Sequence record: KC690136
Origin: Escherichia phage JES2013
Reading direction: 5' to 3' (one strand)
Length of the DNA: 64,000 nt
How positions within the stretch are numbered: the stretch's first letter is position 1; the number at the start of each line of letters is the position of its first letter. Positions 35,766-44,746 of the stretch are shown one piece after another. The notes beneath the pieces were generated by a model, which saw only the letters and a list, made by a program, of their open reading frames with translations, had not been told where the DNA came from and made no database searches. The position numbers and the translations under genes are program-made.

Positions 35766-36116
35766 TTATTTATTGATAGCGTGCAGCGGGAAAGGTACGC
35801 CAGGTTGATAGATAACCTTTACAACCTCATCAGGACAAAAGAAGTTGCAGAACTCACCGCAATAGGCCTCATCCTCTTTCAACTCTTCATCAACATACTC
35901 AAAAAAGTAGTCGATGCTTGGATAATCTTGACCAGGGTTATAATCAACCATAGTGAGGACCAGTTCAAGATCATTGCGGATGATATGCATACCAGCTTTT
36001 AAATACTTCGCTTCCATTTTTACTACATCGCCAGCGGTAACAATAGCCATGGTTTTAACTCCTGTTTCTGTTAATGATTGGAGGCATAACCCCCCTCGAC
36101 AACTCTTATTATCCAT
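35766..36116 (-). CDS. hypothetical protein
   Basis: Track ORF. Confidence 0.45.
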   Translation of the reverse strand: MDNKSCRGGLCLQSLTETGVKTMAIVTAGDVVKMEAKYLKAGMHIIRNDLELVLTMVDYNPGQDYPSIDYFFEYVDEELKEDEAYCGEFCNFFCPDEVVKVIYQPGVPFPLHAINK

Positions 36117-36275
36117 ATTGTAGGGCTTGATGCAAGTACTTCTTTAAAAAATTTTTAAGTGCCTTGGAGGCCGCTGTAACGCCAAAATAATAAAGGCCAT
36201 GCAACCGCATAGCCTTTATGTGATTATATCGCTGCAGGCCCTGCTAGGGGCCTTATTTTGCATCATTTGCCGGAA

Positions 36276-36584
36276 CTATACAGAGAAAACATCGTTCACA
36301 ATAGCGATCACAATGCCGCCCACCTTGTCACGGTCAACAATGCACAAATCACCATAGATCATGTGGTAGTCTGGATGATCTTTCACGGAATAGTCAATGA
36401 GCGTTTTCTTGTCGTCCAGCTTTGTAACTTCCATTCTCATAACGATATGAGAATCATCAAAGGCATTATTCCGAAAAGTCATAGCCTGACCACCAGGGCA
36501 CCCAGTGATCTCCACTTCCACACCGTCTACGATCTGACCATCAAAGAAATAAAGATTATTAGCCAGGATAAACATGTTTATCAC
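36276..36584 (-). CDS. hypothetical protein
   Basis: AAGGAG RBS before ATG 36584. Confidence 0.5.
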   Translation of the reverse strand: MINMFILANNLYFFDGQIVDGVEVEITGCPGGQAMTFRNNAFDDSHIVMRMEVTKLDDKKTLIDYSVKDHPDYHMIYGDLCIVDRDKVGGIVIAIVNDVFSV

Positions 36585-36623
36585 TCCTTGTTAACTGCGT
36601 GTTATTTTACCACGATTAAAATT

Positions 36624-36668
36624 TACTTTACTGATGGCCCTGGCGTCAAGGCCATCTAAAAATAAATT
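36624..36668 (-). repeat. 45-47-bp repeat with hairpin GATGGCC...GGCCATC, copy A
   Basis: TTTACTTTACTGATGGCCCTGGCGTCAAGGCCATCTAAAAATAAA; directly after stop of 36668-36868. Confidence 0.6.
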
Positions 36669-36868
36669 TACAGGCCTACAATCTCTTTGATTCGTTTAAC
36701 TGCTGCCTCAGCGCCTTGGGGGTAGAAATTATGGTAACCGATCACGCGAGTGATACTAATCGCAGTTTGATGATCTTCATAATAGCCCTTGAAGATTTCT
36801 TGACCGTCAATCAGCACGGCAATTTTTTCTTCTTTTTTGAAGTTAATAACGCGGATATTGTTGCTCAT
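36668..36868 (-). CDS. hypothetical small protein
   Basis: Track ORF. Confidence 0.45.
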   Translation of the reverse strand: MSNNIRVINFKKEEKIAVLIDGQEIFKGYYEDHQTAISITRVIGYHNFYPQGAEAAVKRIKEIVGL

Positions 36869-37009
36869 TTTGTTTCTCCTTTCTGGTTTTTGTGTTGGTG
36901 GGGATTAGCTCCCCGTTGATTATTATTATCCATATTTCGGACCGGATTGCAACACCCCGGAAGAAAAATTTTTTGAAAAAGTTAGGCCCCCAGGGATCGG
37001 GGGCCGTTA

Positions 37010-37129
37010 TCAGTTACTTACAGCGATAAAATACATCCCTACGCCTAACAATATTTCAAGGGCGATGATCTCAAGCCATACCATAACCCGGCGCACCTTA
37101 TCGGTGCGGGGCTTATCCTTGGTTGTCAT
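37010..37129 (-). CDS. small membrane peptide (39 aa)
   Basis: GGGGGAG RBS then ATG 37129; C-terminal TM helix. Confidence 0.3.
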   Translation of the reverse strand: MTTKDKPRTDKVRRVMVWLEIIALEILLGVGMYFIAVSN

Positions 37130-37371
37130 CGTCTCCCCCTTTCATCCTGGTAGTAGTGACGTGGTTTACAATGGCCCCCAGGAGTACCATCACCACGCAC
37201 ATCACAAGAAAAATTATCTCTGTCGTTGTTCGATCCATTGTTATAAAATTCCTTAAGATCAGGCCTGAAAATAAAGCGTTCGTTATTGAATCCATCACGC
37301 CAGGCGGCTGGCTTCAAATCTTCATCAAAGGGATTAATTAACGTGGTATTATTTAAACGGCTGGCCCACAT
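37126..37371 (-). CDS. hypothetical Asn/Asp-rich protein
   Basis: ATG 37371 (internal to track ORF 37126-37389). Confidence 0.35.
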   Translation of the reverse strand: MWASRLNNTTLINPFDEDLKPAAWRDGFNNERFIFRPDLKEFYNNGSNNDRDNFSCDVRGDGTPGGHCKPRHYYQDERGRR

Positions 37372-37720
37372 ATTTTCTATTCCTCTCAAATAGGCGATCC
37401 GCCTCAGTTAAACAAATCTCATGGGCGTGATCTCTGGTTTTAGCTTCATCGAAAACCTGTTGTGCAAGGCTGCAGCGTAGGGAGACTGGAAGATCACTAT
37501 AATAGGCGTTGACAAATGTTTGCGCGTCATACAGGTCGGAAAATACTTTACCCTTTCTATTATCGCCTTTGTCAACAATTGCAAGGATAACAAGTACAAT
37601 AGTTGCAACCACCCCCAGGAAAATAGATATAATAAACCATAAAAAGGCGGATCTACCCATCTTGCCAGCGATCCAGGCGTTAAACAAGGCAACTAATACG
37701 GCCAAAATAATAAATTCCAT
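37349..37720 (-). CDS. membrane protein (two TM helices)
   Basis: AAGAGGT RBS then ATG 37720 (MEFIILAVLVALF). Confidence 0.5.
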   Translation of the reverse strand: MEFIILAVLVALFNAWIAGKMGRSAFLWFIISIFLGVVATIVLVILAIVDKGDNRKGKVFSDLYDAQTFVNAYYSDLPVSLRCSLAQQVFDEAKTRDHAHEICLTEADRLFERNRKYVGQPFK

Positions 37721-37784
37721 TCTATGTACCTCTTTTGCAGTTCTGTTTAACAATAAGGCGGCAAATATGCCGCCTGTTACCTGA

Positions 37785-38165
37785 TTAAAAATTATCGCCG
37801 TAAATCTTTCCGCTTTCTGCCCACACCACCACGCGGGGCATACTATCCCACACGTCTTGTTTTAGATTGAGCGCGTGCAATTCTTCGGTGGTGCCCATAC
37901 CAGGCACGGGCTGATTGTATACTGCAAAACGACCACCTGCATAATCATAGGCCAGGGTTAAATCACACTGAATCATCTTTTTGATCATGGCGTTGAGCAT
38001 AGCGTTAGCCGCATACTGGTCACGTTTTAAAGGCAACTCTTTGATTAGTTTGCGATAGTTTTCAATGTGATCGCACACTGTTTCACGTGGAAGATCTTTC
38101 ATATCCTCGCGAAAGGTAACCAGGTTAAACATAACGGTGTCAATAGCTTTAGTAGTGTTTTTCAT
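37785..38165 (-). CDS. hypothetical protein
   Basis: AAGAGGAAAA RBS; 5' hairpin upstream. Confidence 0.5.
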   Translation of the reverse strand: MKNTTKAIDTVMFNLVTFREDMKDLPRETVCDHIENYRKLIKELPLKRDQYAANAMLNAMIKKMIQCDLTLAYDYAGGRFAVYNQPVPGMGTTEELHALNLKQDVWDSMPRVVVWAESGKIYGDNF

Positions 38166-38256
38166 AATGTTTTCCTCTTTGTTTTGTGTGGGGCAAACGT
38201 CTTGCCCCCCCTTGAGTTTTAATATAGCAAGTTTTTAGATTATTGCAACACTTTAT

Positions 38257-38880
38257 TTATGAAAAACTCATCTCTCCATATTCATCCACATCAAACCGCC
38301 AATCATTGGCCTCAATAAGGCCGATCAGGTTTTCGGTAGTGAACTGTTCTAGATAGGCCTCCTCCAGGTCTACGTAAACCTTGCGGGATAGCTCCCGTAC
38401 CGTCTCGGTGATCAGCTCTTCCAGGTCTTCCACTTTGTTTTCTTGTTTGGCGGTCAGATCTAGCCAGGTGGTATCAATGTATCCGCTTACAGTGTTTTCA
38501 TGGCTGTAATGGCTGTACTTGTCGCGTTCAATACTGGCTGATAACTCGCCATCGTGCATTGTGCCAAACAAGTGACGAATTGATCGGAACTTGGTCAGGG
38601 CCTTTACTTTACGCAAGAATTTTTCTAAATCCACGTTTTCAGCACTGATTGACGCGCCGTCACCCTGGCACCAAAAGCCGGACCAATGTACATCGGTATC
38701 TTCAAGGCCGTACTCTGGAAAAACTTGCTCTTTATAATATTCAATTACACTTTCTGCGAAAAAATCCTCTCCGCTGTGTTCTTCTCTTTCGCGGACCATT
38801 TCAATAGCTTTTTCTTTTTGTTCGTCGGTCAGCACGTCGAAAGATAAATTGCAACCTGTGGTAATGTTAACGGTGGTCAT
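38257..38880 (-). CDS. hypothetical acidic protein
   Basis: Track ORF; promoter and 5' hairpin upstream. Confidence 0.5.
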   Translation of the reverse strand: MTTVNITTGCNLSFDVLTDEQKEKAIEMVREREEHSGEDFFAESVIEYYKEQVFPEYGLEDTDVHWSGFWCQGDGASISAENVDLEKFLRKVKALTKFRSIRHLFGTMHDGELSASIERDKYSHYSHENTVSGYIDTTWLDLTAKQENKVEDLEELITETVRELSRKVYVDLEEAYLEQFTTENLIGLIEANDWRFDVDEYGEMSFS

Positions 38881-38937
38881 GATATTTTCTCCTGTTTTCT
38901 TTGTTAGTGGCGGGAAGTTTTCCCGCCTGTGTTTTTA

Positions 38938-38965
38938 ATTATACTTATTGAGATTTACTTGTCAA
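38938..38965 (-). promoter_or_regulatory. sigma70-type promoter (minus strand)
   Basis: Minus strand TTGACA (38965-38960), 16-nt spacer, TATAAT (38943-38938); 5' hairpin 38909-38927 follows. Confidence 0.55.
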
Positions 38966-39215
38966 CACTATTTTTTAAATTATTGTGGCGCAAAATGTTT
39001 AAAATCTCTTCAACGTCATCAACACGGCGGCAATTTTTAAACGCTACCAATTGCCCCATGATTTTAATCACTGGGCGGCCTTGCCAGTGCCCCTGGAGAA
39101 AGCGCGCCTTGACTTTATCAGTGGAACTATCACGCCACCAAACGGCCTTGTTATTGCAGTAGTAAAAATTATTCAGGACAATATCAACTTTATCAAAATT
39201 TTTTAATTTACGCAT
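38955..39215 (-). CDS. hypothetical protein
   Basis: Track ORF. Confidence 0.45.
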   Translation of the reverse strand: MRKLKNFDKVDIVLNNFYYCNNKAVWWRDSSTDKVKARFLQGHWQGRPVIKIMGQLVAFKNCRRVDDVEEILNILRHNNLKNSVDK

Positions 39216-39250
39216 AGTGTTTACTCCTTCCTTCTTGCTTTGATGTGGTT

Positions 39251-39279
39251 AGTATATCCGGACTATTCCAAGGTGTCAA
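39251..39279 (-). promoter_or_regulatory. sigma70-type promoter (minus strand)
   Basis: Minus strand TTGACA (39279-39274), 17-nt spacer, TATACT (39256-39251). Confidence 0.45.
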
Positions 39280-39460
39280 GCTTTAAATAAAATCACTGTC
39301 AATGATATTTTTAACACCATAAAACGGCCCTGGGTGATGTTTTCAGGCTAAGAAAGGGGATTGCATAGGTAGGGGCTTTTGTGGCGTTTGTGGGGCCAAC
39401 CAGGGGCGCTATTCGTAGGATAGAAATAAAAAGCCCCGCACAATGGCGGGGCGTTGGTTG

Positions 39461-39658
39461 TTATTTGTCTTTATGGCGGTATCGTTCCGCTTGTCGTTCA
39501 CGTTCCAAAAGTAGGCCCGGCAATTTACGATCATAATGATTCCGCCAGATCTTCCCAAATCTTTTTGGCTTATTCAGTTTATTGTTGCGCTGGCGGCGTT
39601 CCGGCAACTCTTCGGAATCATGAGATCGCTTTACAATTTTCTCAAAATTAATCTTCAT
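39461..39658 (-). CDS. small basic protein
   Basis: Track ORF; Arg/Lys-rich. Confidence 0.4.
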   Translation of the reverse strand: MKINFEKIVKRSHDSEELPERRQRNNKLNKPKRFGKIWRNHYDRKLPGLLLERERQAERYRHKDK

Positions 39659-40020
39659 ATATTCCCACCCTTGCTAACTTCAATATTGGCCTGAATCGCC
39701 CGGATACGGCGTTTTATAACCTCCTGATCCGTGCAATCGTATCCCCAAAAGTCTACAATTTTCGCGCCGCCAGCTTTTAAGCGGTATAATGTTTCTTGCA
39801 TTTTGTAAGCTGGGATCGGTCGCGGTGTTACCTGGTCGCCTTTTTCATCCTTGTACTTGATTATGTAGTCCTCGTTGTCGTTGAATACCCAAAAAGGGTA
39901 CTCTGTAAGGGCGTTGCTTTCTTTTTCGTTTTTAGATTGGATCTTGTTTACAATTAAAGCCGTAGCAATAGCGCCAATAATAAAACTAGCCCCGCTGATC
40001 ATGTTACTTTCTCCTTTCAT
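39655..40020 (-). CDS. membrane-anchored protein
   Basis: N-terminal TM helix. Confidence 0.45.
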   Translation of the reverse strand: MKGESNMISGASFIIGAIATALIVNKIQSKNEKESNALTEYPFWVFNDNEDYIIKYKDEKGDQVTPRPIPAYKMQETLYRLKAGGAKIVDFWGYDCTDQEVIKRRIRAIQANIEVSKGGNI

Positions 40021-40077
40021 TGTGTTGATAAACTATCTTTATAGATGGCCCTGTTACCAGGACCACCGAAAAAATAA

Positions 40078-40323
40078 CTATTTCACAATGCCTACAAAAC
40101 AGATCCCGCCTTCACCTATATAGGCAATATCGGTAATTTTATAATTTGTCAAGATCCGCGTGTTCAGATCATTAATAAAATCGGTCATCGCGTTGGTGTA
40201 GTTGTCTTCCGTGTCTAAGGCATAATCCCAGGTGTAAACCTTTTTACGTCCGAAGCCTTTTACCATGATACGGGCGCTTTTGGTGTTGGTAGGGGCATAA
40301 TATTTGGTGATTAGTGCTGCCAT
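40078..40323 (-). CDS. hypothetical protein
   Basis: Track ORF; GAGGAG RBS. Confidence 0.45.
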   Translation of the reverse strand: MAALITKYYAPTNTKSARIMVKGFGRKKVYTWDYALDTEDNYTNAMTDFINDLNTRILTNYKITDIAYIGEGGICFVGIVK

Positions 40324-40366
40324 GGTTTTAACTCCTCTGAATTAGTTCAGTGTTAACAGTATAAAG

Positions 40367-40413
40367 TTTACTTTATTGATGGCCCTGAAGTCAAGGCCAT
40401 CTAAAAATAAACT
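40367..40413 (-). repeat. 47-bp repeat with hairpin GATGGCC...GGCCATC, copy B
   Basis: TTTACTTTATTGATGGCCCTGAAGTCAAGGCCATCTAAAAATAAACT; directly after stop of 40413-40754. Confidence 0.6.
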
Positions 40414-40754
40414 TACTCGTTTTCTTCCAGCTCCGCAAGCTCTTCTTTTGCTTCTTCTAACTCTGTCTGTAGTTCCTGGTATTCTTCATCGTCCTCAATA
40501 TCCAGGCTGTCGATGTAGTCGCTAAATCCGCAGCGGTAAGCGATAGGATCTAGCTCCTTGAGGATACGCGACGGAAGAAAAGAAATGTTTCCGATCATAA
40601 TTTCGCCGTAGATCTCGTCTAACCATTCATCATAGTTTTCGTCGTACTTGTCCTCGTCGATTTCAAAGTTATCGATCTTGTTCTCAAGGTCTGCGATCTG
40701 TTTTTTCAGCGCGGCGATCTGCATAGCTTTTTCTGCGGCGGTCATAGTAGTCAT
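40413..40754 (-). CDS. highly acidic coiled-coil protein
   Basis: Track ORF; Asp/Glu-rich. Confidence 0.5.
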   Translation of the reverse strand: MTTMTAAEKAMQIAALKKQIADLENKIDNFEIDEDKYDENYDEWLDEIYGEIMIGNISFLPSRILKELDPIAYRCGFSDYIDSLDIEDDEEYQELQTELEEAKEELAELEENE

Positions 40755-40805
40755 GGTGTTTTCTCCTTTTGTGTGCTCTGGGAAGTTTTCCCGTTTACGT
40801 GTTTA

Positions 40806-40833
40806 AGTATAGCGATCTAAGTTAGTTTGTCAA
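40806..40833 (-). promoter_or_regulatory. sigma70-type promoter (minus strand)
   Basis: Minus strand TTGACA (40833-40828), 16-nt spacer, TATACT (40811-40806); hairpin 40780-40792 in 5' UTR. Confidence 0.45.
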
Positions 40834-40953
40834 TTAAAAATTTAAGAAAAATTTTGCAAAACTGTTAGCGCTACTCATTAACATTTGCGCCAGGATGTAA
40901 CCAATGATGCAAACGATAATAGTTACCTTTGTGTGCTGGCGTGTAGTACTCAT
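40834..40953 (-). CDS. small membrane peptide (39 aa)
   Basis: ATG 40953; MSTTRQHTKVTIIVCIIGYILAQMLMSSANSFAKFFLNF. Confidence 0.3.
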   Translation of the reverse strand: MSTTRQHTKVTIIVCIIGYILAQMLMSSANSFAKFFLNF

Positions 40954-40987
40954 CTTTAAGCCCCCCTTTCCGCTCAACTGTGGTTAG

Positions 40988-41034
40988 TTTACTTTATTGA
41001 TGGCCCTGGAGTCAAGGCCATCTAAAAATAAACT
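40988..41034 (-). repeat. 47-bp repeat with hairpin GATGGCC...GGCCATC, copy C
   Basis: Near-identical to copy B (one mismatch in loop); directly after stop of 41034-41429. Confidence 0.6.
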
Positions 41035-41429
41035 CAGTACGTTTTCAGTACTTTCCCGTCCAACCTGTCTAACTGAATCTCAATAGCTGCAGAAAACCTA
41101 TTGTAAACCACATCGCCCAAGGAGTCCAGCCAATCTATAACGTTATACACCTGCTCTTTATTCTTGCAAGTCCGGATCCGTTTCATTACGTAAGACGGAT
41201 CAATATTAGTACTCCCGTTGTTGTGGTCATGCGCCTGGCCTGCTGCACTGGTTATAGATTTTACAACCACCTGAAAGGGCTTTAAGGTGCCTTTTGCGTT
41301 CATCTCACGCGCTTTTGCGGCGCGGTTGTTATATGTTACACAACGGCGGCAAATGTTGAATAAATGCATGTCAATAATTTTTTCATCGTTTGCCAGTTCG
41401 TTCATGATGCGGCGTACGTTCTTATTCAT
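41034..41429 (-). CDS. hypothetical protein
   Basis: Track ORF; 5' hairpin 41447-41464 upstream. Confidence 0.5.
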   Translation of the reverse strand: MNKNVRRIMNELANDEKIIDMHLFNICRRCVTYNNRAAKAREMNAKGTLKPFQVVVKSITSAAGQAHDHNNGSTNIDPSYVMKRIRTCKNKEQVYNVIDWLDSLGDVVYNRFSAAIEIQLDRLDGKVLKTY

Positions 41430-41512
41430 AGCTTTTCCTCTGTGTTGGCGGGATGTTTCCCGCCTTTTGTGTCTAGTTTACTTGAATTTTGCAGCGTGTC
41501 AATAATTTTTTT

Positions 41513-41911
41513 TTATTCGTGGGCACATGTTACAATGTGCTTTTTATAGCCCAGGTGGGCAGCAAGTGCCGCCAAAAACTCATCTTCATAGATCCAGCCG
41601 TTGGCAGTGATCCCCATAGCATTTAATGCGCTCTCAAGTGCTGCGTTAGCTTTATCATAACCGTGACCGCTCGCCTTGCCGCCAGTATAACCGTACTTAT
41701 TGTTCTTGTTGTCGTGTATCCAAAAAACGCAGTAGTTAGTGTTACCGCTGGCGGCGGCATAGTACCGGATCTCCGCTACTTCGTGCAAATTATTATCATC
41801 GTCCAGGCCAACCAGATTATAAGCCTTGTAAAATCCACGATCACGGCGGCAGTTCTTGACATCAGAAAAAGAGAAGTCGGCATTGTCAAAATTAAAGGTT
41901 GTGGTTTTCAT
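41513..41911 (-). CDS. hypothetical protein
   Basis: Track ORF. Confidence 0.5.
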   Translation of the reverse strand: MKTTTFNFDNADFSFSDVKNCRRDRGFYKAYNLVGLDDDNNLHEVAEIRYYAAASGNTNYCVFWIHDNKNNKYGYTGGKASGHGYDKANAALESALNAMGITANGWIYEDEFLAALAAHLGYKKHIVTCAHE

Positions 41912-41975
41912 GATTTTATCCTCTTAGTGTCTTTTGTGATTTCAGTATATTTTGTGTCGGGGCGTATGTCAATAC

Positions 41976-42173
41976 TTATTTTTTATTAAACCAGTGATTG
42001 ATCTGACCTTTTGTCAGGGCGCAACGATTAAGCTGTTGCAGGGTATAGCTATGACCGCGACGAAATTTATAAAGGCCTTGCCCGTTGTTGATGGTTACAT
42101 CCACCAGGCAAACCACTTGATCGGTGACCACCTGGCGAGTGTTGCGACGTACTTTGATTCCGTATGCGTTCAT
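41976..42173 (-). CDS. hypothetical small protein
   Basis: Track ORF. Confidence 0.4.
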   Translation of the reverse strand: MNAYGIKVRRNTRQVVTDQVVCLVDVTINNGQGLYKFRRGHSYTLQQLNRCALTKGQINHWFNKK

Positions 42174-42251
42174 GATTTTTTATCCTCTCTGTTAATTAGT
42201 GTGGTGTTGTTCACCTTGCGAGGATAAGAATAACAAGAACTGTCCGAGCTG

Positions 42252-42413
42252 TCAACCATTAGTTAAAATTATTTTTGCCCCTGCCAGGTTAACCATCATT
42301 TTTTCGTACTCTTCTTTATGTTCCAACGCTCCCGCCATAGCCTTTTCAACCAGGGCGATAGCCTCAGCGTCATTAATAGCTACATTTTCCAGGGGGATCA
42401 TATTACCTTTCAT
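42252..42413 (-). CDS. hypothetical small protein (53 aa)
   Basis: GGAGGTAC RBS then ATG 42413. Confidence 0.4.
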   Translation of the reverse strand: MKGNMIPLENVAINDAEAIALVEKAMAGALEHKEEYEKMMVNLAGAKIILTNG

Positions 42414-42945
42414 TTTTGTACCTCCCCTTCAATTGTTACCTATCCTATAGCATAGGCCCACCAGGTTTACAAGCCTTCATTCTCTCCTGCCTGGTCAGTT
42501 AGGTCCTGCCAGGCTGGCCCCGCCAGGTTGCAGCGGTTAGCGCATCAGGTTAGAAAAATTTTTTGAAAAGTGTTGACAGCGGCCCCGCCAGGTGGCACAA
42601 TATACCTATCGAAAGGACGGCAGGCACCGGTGACGGGGGAGGCAACCACCGGGGATGGACGCTGCATAAAATGAGAACGGTTATCATTATCATTTAAAAA
42701 TTTATGCAAAAAATCCTTGCTTTCTTTGTCCTGTGTGATACTATAATAACAAGCCGGGGCAACAGGGGCCGGGAGACAATCACCGGGCCTGCCCGTTATT
42801 CTGCAAACGAGAATGATTATCATTCAAAATTCTAAATGAGAACTCCTCGCATTTAATAAATTTAATTAGCATGCTAATTACCCTCCGTAACAATTTCCTA
42901 TAAAACAGTATCCCATAAAATATTTCCATATAGAAATTTTAAAAA

Positions 42946-43387
42946 TCCATTTCTGAAAACGAAAAATCGATTTCGTCCCCAAAAATTTCAGGTCGAGATC
43001 CGGAACGATTTCCAGAAAATCCGATTTAGAAAACGAAAAACAGATCGAGTACTGAGAAATTTATCGAGAAAAATTTTCAGAAAATTCAATCTTTGAAACG
43101 AAAAACAGATCGAGTACCTGGAAAGCTGCACTGCAACTTCAAGATAGTGGTTAGATTATTACCATAAAAGGTCAAGGGTAAGTGGAGGAAGTTCTAGTAG
43201 AAGGATGTGAGCATGTGTGGGAAATCTATAATGGTGGCCTGGAATATGGTGCAAACGATAGGATGAGTTATTCAGCTTGTCGCGCCTACTCTGAAAAATC
43301 CATTTTAGTTTTCGATCCATTTTCTGATTTTCTAAGAATTTTAAAATATCCAGCCCGGTGAAATATCAAAAGGAGGAAATCCATTTT
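42946..43387. repeat. iteron-like repeats: ATCCATTT(T/C) x4 and 23-bp direct repeat GAAA(A)CGAAAAACAGATCGAGTAC x2 plus a partial copy
   Basis: Copies at 42946, 43298, 43316, 43379; 43029-43052 and 43095-43117; partial 42955-42971. Confidence 0.55.
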
Positions 43388-43429
43388 AGAAATCCCCCTT
43401 ATACTTGATATGCCAGGAATTTTCAAGTA

Positions 43430-43759
43430 TCAGTTGTCTTTGTTTTTAGGTTTGTACATGCGCAGAGGTATGGTCTTTGTAACATTCCATTTCCTCAACC
43501 CTTCCCAGCTCCAGTTGTGGGCGTGGTATCCGGTTATGCATGCACTACTGGAGTGATCGTAAGCATAAGAGAACGCTAAGCGCACCAGGTGGGGCCAGTC
43601 CTTCCATGGTTGTGGACCGTAAGCTTTTCTCCAACACCGACACAAACTAAATGTCTCAAGGATAGGAAGGATAACAAACCCATACACTGTCACCAAAATA
43701 GTCAGTGCAATGATTGTCAGGAACACATACCCTGCAGTTGAAATGATGATCTCTGTCAT
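43430..43759 (-). CDS. membrane protein
   Basis: N-terminal TM helix. Confidence 0.45.
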   Translation of the reverse strand: MTEIIISTAGYVFLTIIALTILVTVYGFVILPILETFSLCRCWRKAYGPQPWKDWPHLVRLAFSYAYDHSSSACITGYHAHNWSWEGLRKWNVTKTIPLRMYKPKNKDN

Positions 43760-43959
43760 TTGTCGTCCCCTTTCTTACGGATATAGATGTGAGAACCTGC
43801 CTGTATATAAATTTCTCGACCATCTTCTGCGAAGATGTGGAATACACGGTCACCTTCGTACTCAATACGAGATATCTTCATAATGGTCTTTCCACCTGGG
43901 ATACGGATCTCGTCCCCCACAGCGATGTTCCATGCAGATTTAAGCTTAAACATCTGCAC
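43756..43959 (-). CDS. hypothetical small protein
   Basis: Track ORF. Confidence 0.45.
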   Translation of the reverse strand: MQMFKLKSAWNIAVGDEIRIPGGKTIMKISRIEYEGDRVFHIFAEDGREIYIQAGSHIYIRKKGDDK

Positions 43960-44191
43960 CCTCCTTTGGGAACTTGAACTCTGGCATAGCCATATACGCT
44001 ACAACAGGGTTGTGATCAAAGTAGAACTGACCGTTAATTATCCCGGTTTTACTCACATAGTTACCAGATCCTGCAAGAACAACCTCGCAAGCTCCGAAAT
44101 CTACATTGCCATCCTCATCAGCCATGGCTACGATATACTTTCCTAGAGGCATGTTTTTAACGCCGTCTACAAATGTCCACCCTTTGTTCAT
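43946..44191 (-). CDS. hypothetical protein
   Basis: Track ORF. Confidence 0.45.
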   Translation of the reverse strand: MNKGWTFVDGVKNMPLGKYIVAMADEDGNVDFGACEVVLAGSGNYVSKTGIINGQFYFDHNPVVAYMAMPEFKFPKEGADV

Positions 44192-44211
44192 ACTTTATCT
44201 CCTGCACTTTC

Positions 44212-44544
44212 TTAAGGTAACCAGTAAACAATCTCGCCTTTCAGCTTCATGTCGTTTCCAACATAAATTTCCCAGCCATCCATCTTAGCAACTGTAGGCC
44301 CAAAGTCATCCGCACCCCTTACCTCTTTCCAGGCTCCGTAGTCAGGTTGCCAGATATAGAATCCACCTTCTTTGTCCCATGCTCCGTACACTACGTTTAA
44401 CAGGTTTCCCATTGCAACAATGGTGGGCCGTGGGAATAATACATCTACAGATGCGCCACAATTTCGGGTATCTTTTAAGTTGCAATCCCAAAAGATGTCT
44501 GCCAGTGTGGCGGCGATAGCTTTACGTCTTTCCAATGTTACCAT
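44212..44544 (-). CDS. hypothetical protein
   Basis: Track ORF. Confidence 0.45.
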   Translation of the reverse strand: MVTLERRKAIAATLADIFWDCNLKDTRNCGASVDVLFPRPTIVAMGNLLNVVYGAWDKEGGFYIWQPDYGAWKEVRGADDFGPTVAKMDGWEIYVGNDMKLKGEIVYWLP

Positions 44545-44554
44545 GGCACGATAC

Positions 44555-44746
44555 TCACTTGTTGTTAATAAGTTCTAAAACTTTCTGTCTTACTTTGTCA
44601 AGGTCTGTTGATTCAAAAACTGTGCGATATCCCCAACTTTGCCCATAGGAGTGACTGCAATCTCCGTAGCACCATTGCTCAATTTGATAGTATTCAAGGA
44701 AGGGGTGCTGTCTAACTATGATGCCATCCCGGTTAAAAATTACCAT
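44555..44746 (-). CDS. hypothetical small protein
   Basis: Track ORF. Confidence 0.4.
   Translation of the reverse strand: MVIFNRDGIIVRQHPFLEYYQIEQWCYGDCSHSYGQSWGYRTVFESTDLDKVRQKVLELINNK

Noticed and set aside
42545-42823. Minus-strand ORF 42545-42823 (92 aa) in the second repeat region
   Set aside because: It spans GC-rich repeated elements, has no RBS and an odd Pro/Ala/Cys-rich composition; likely spurious.
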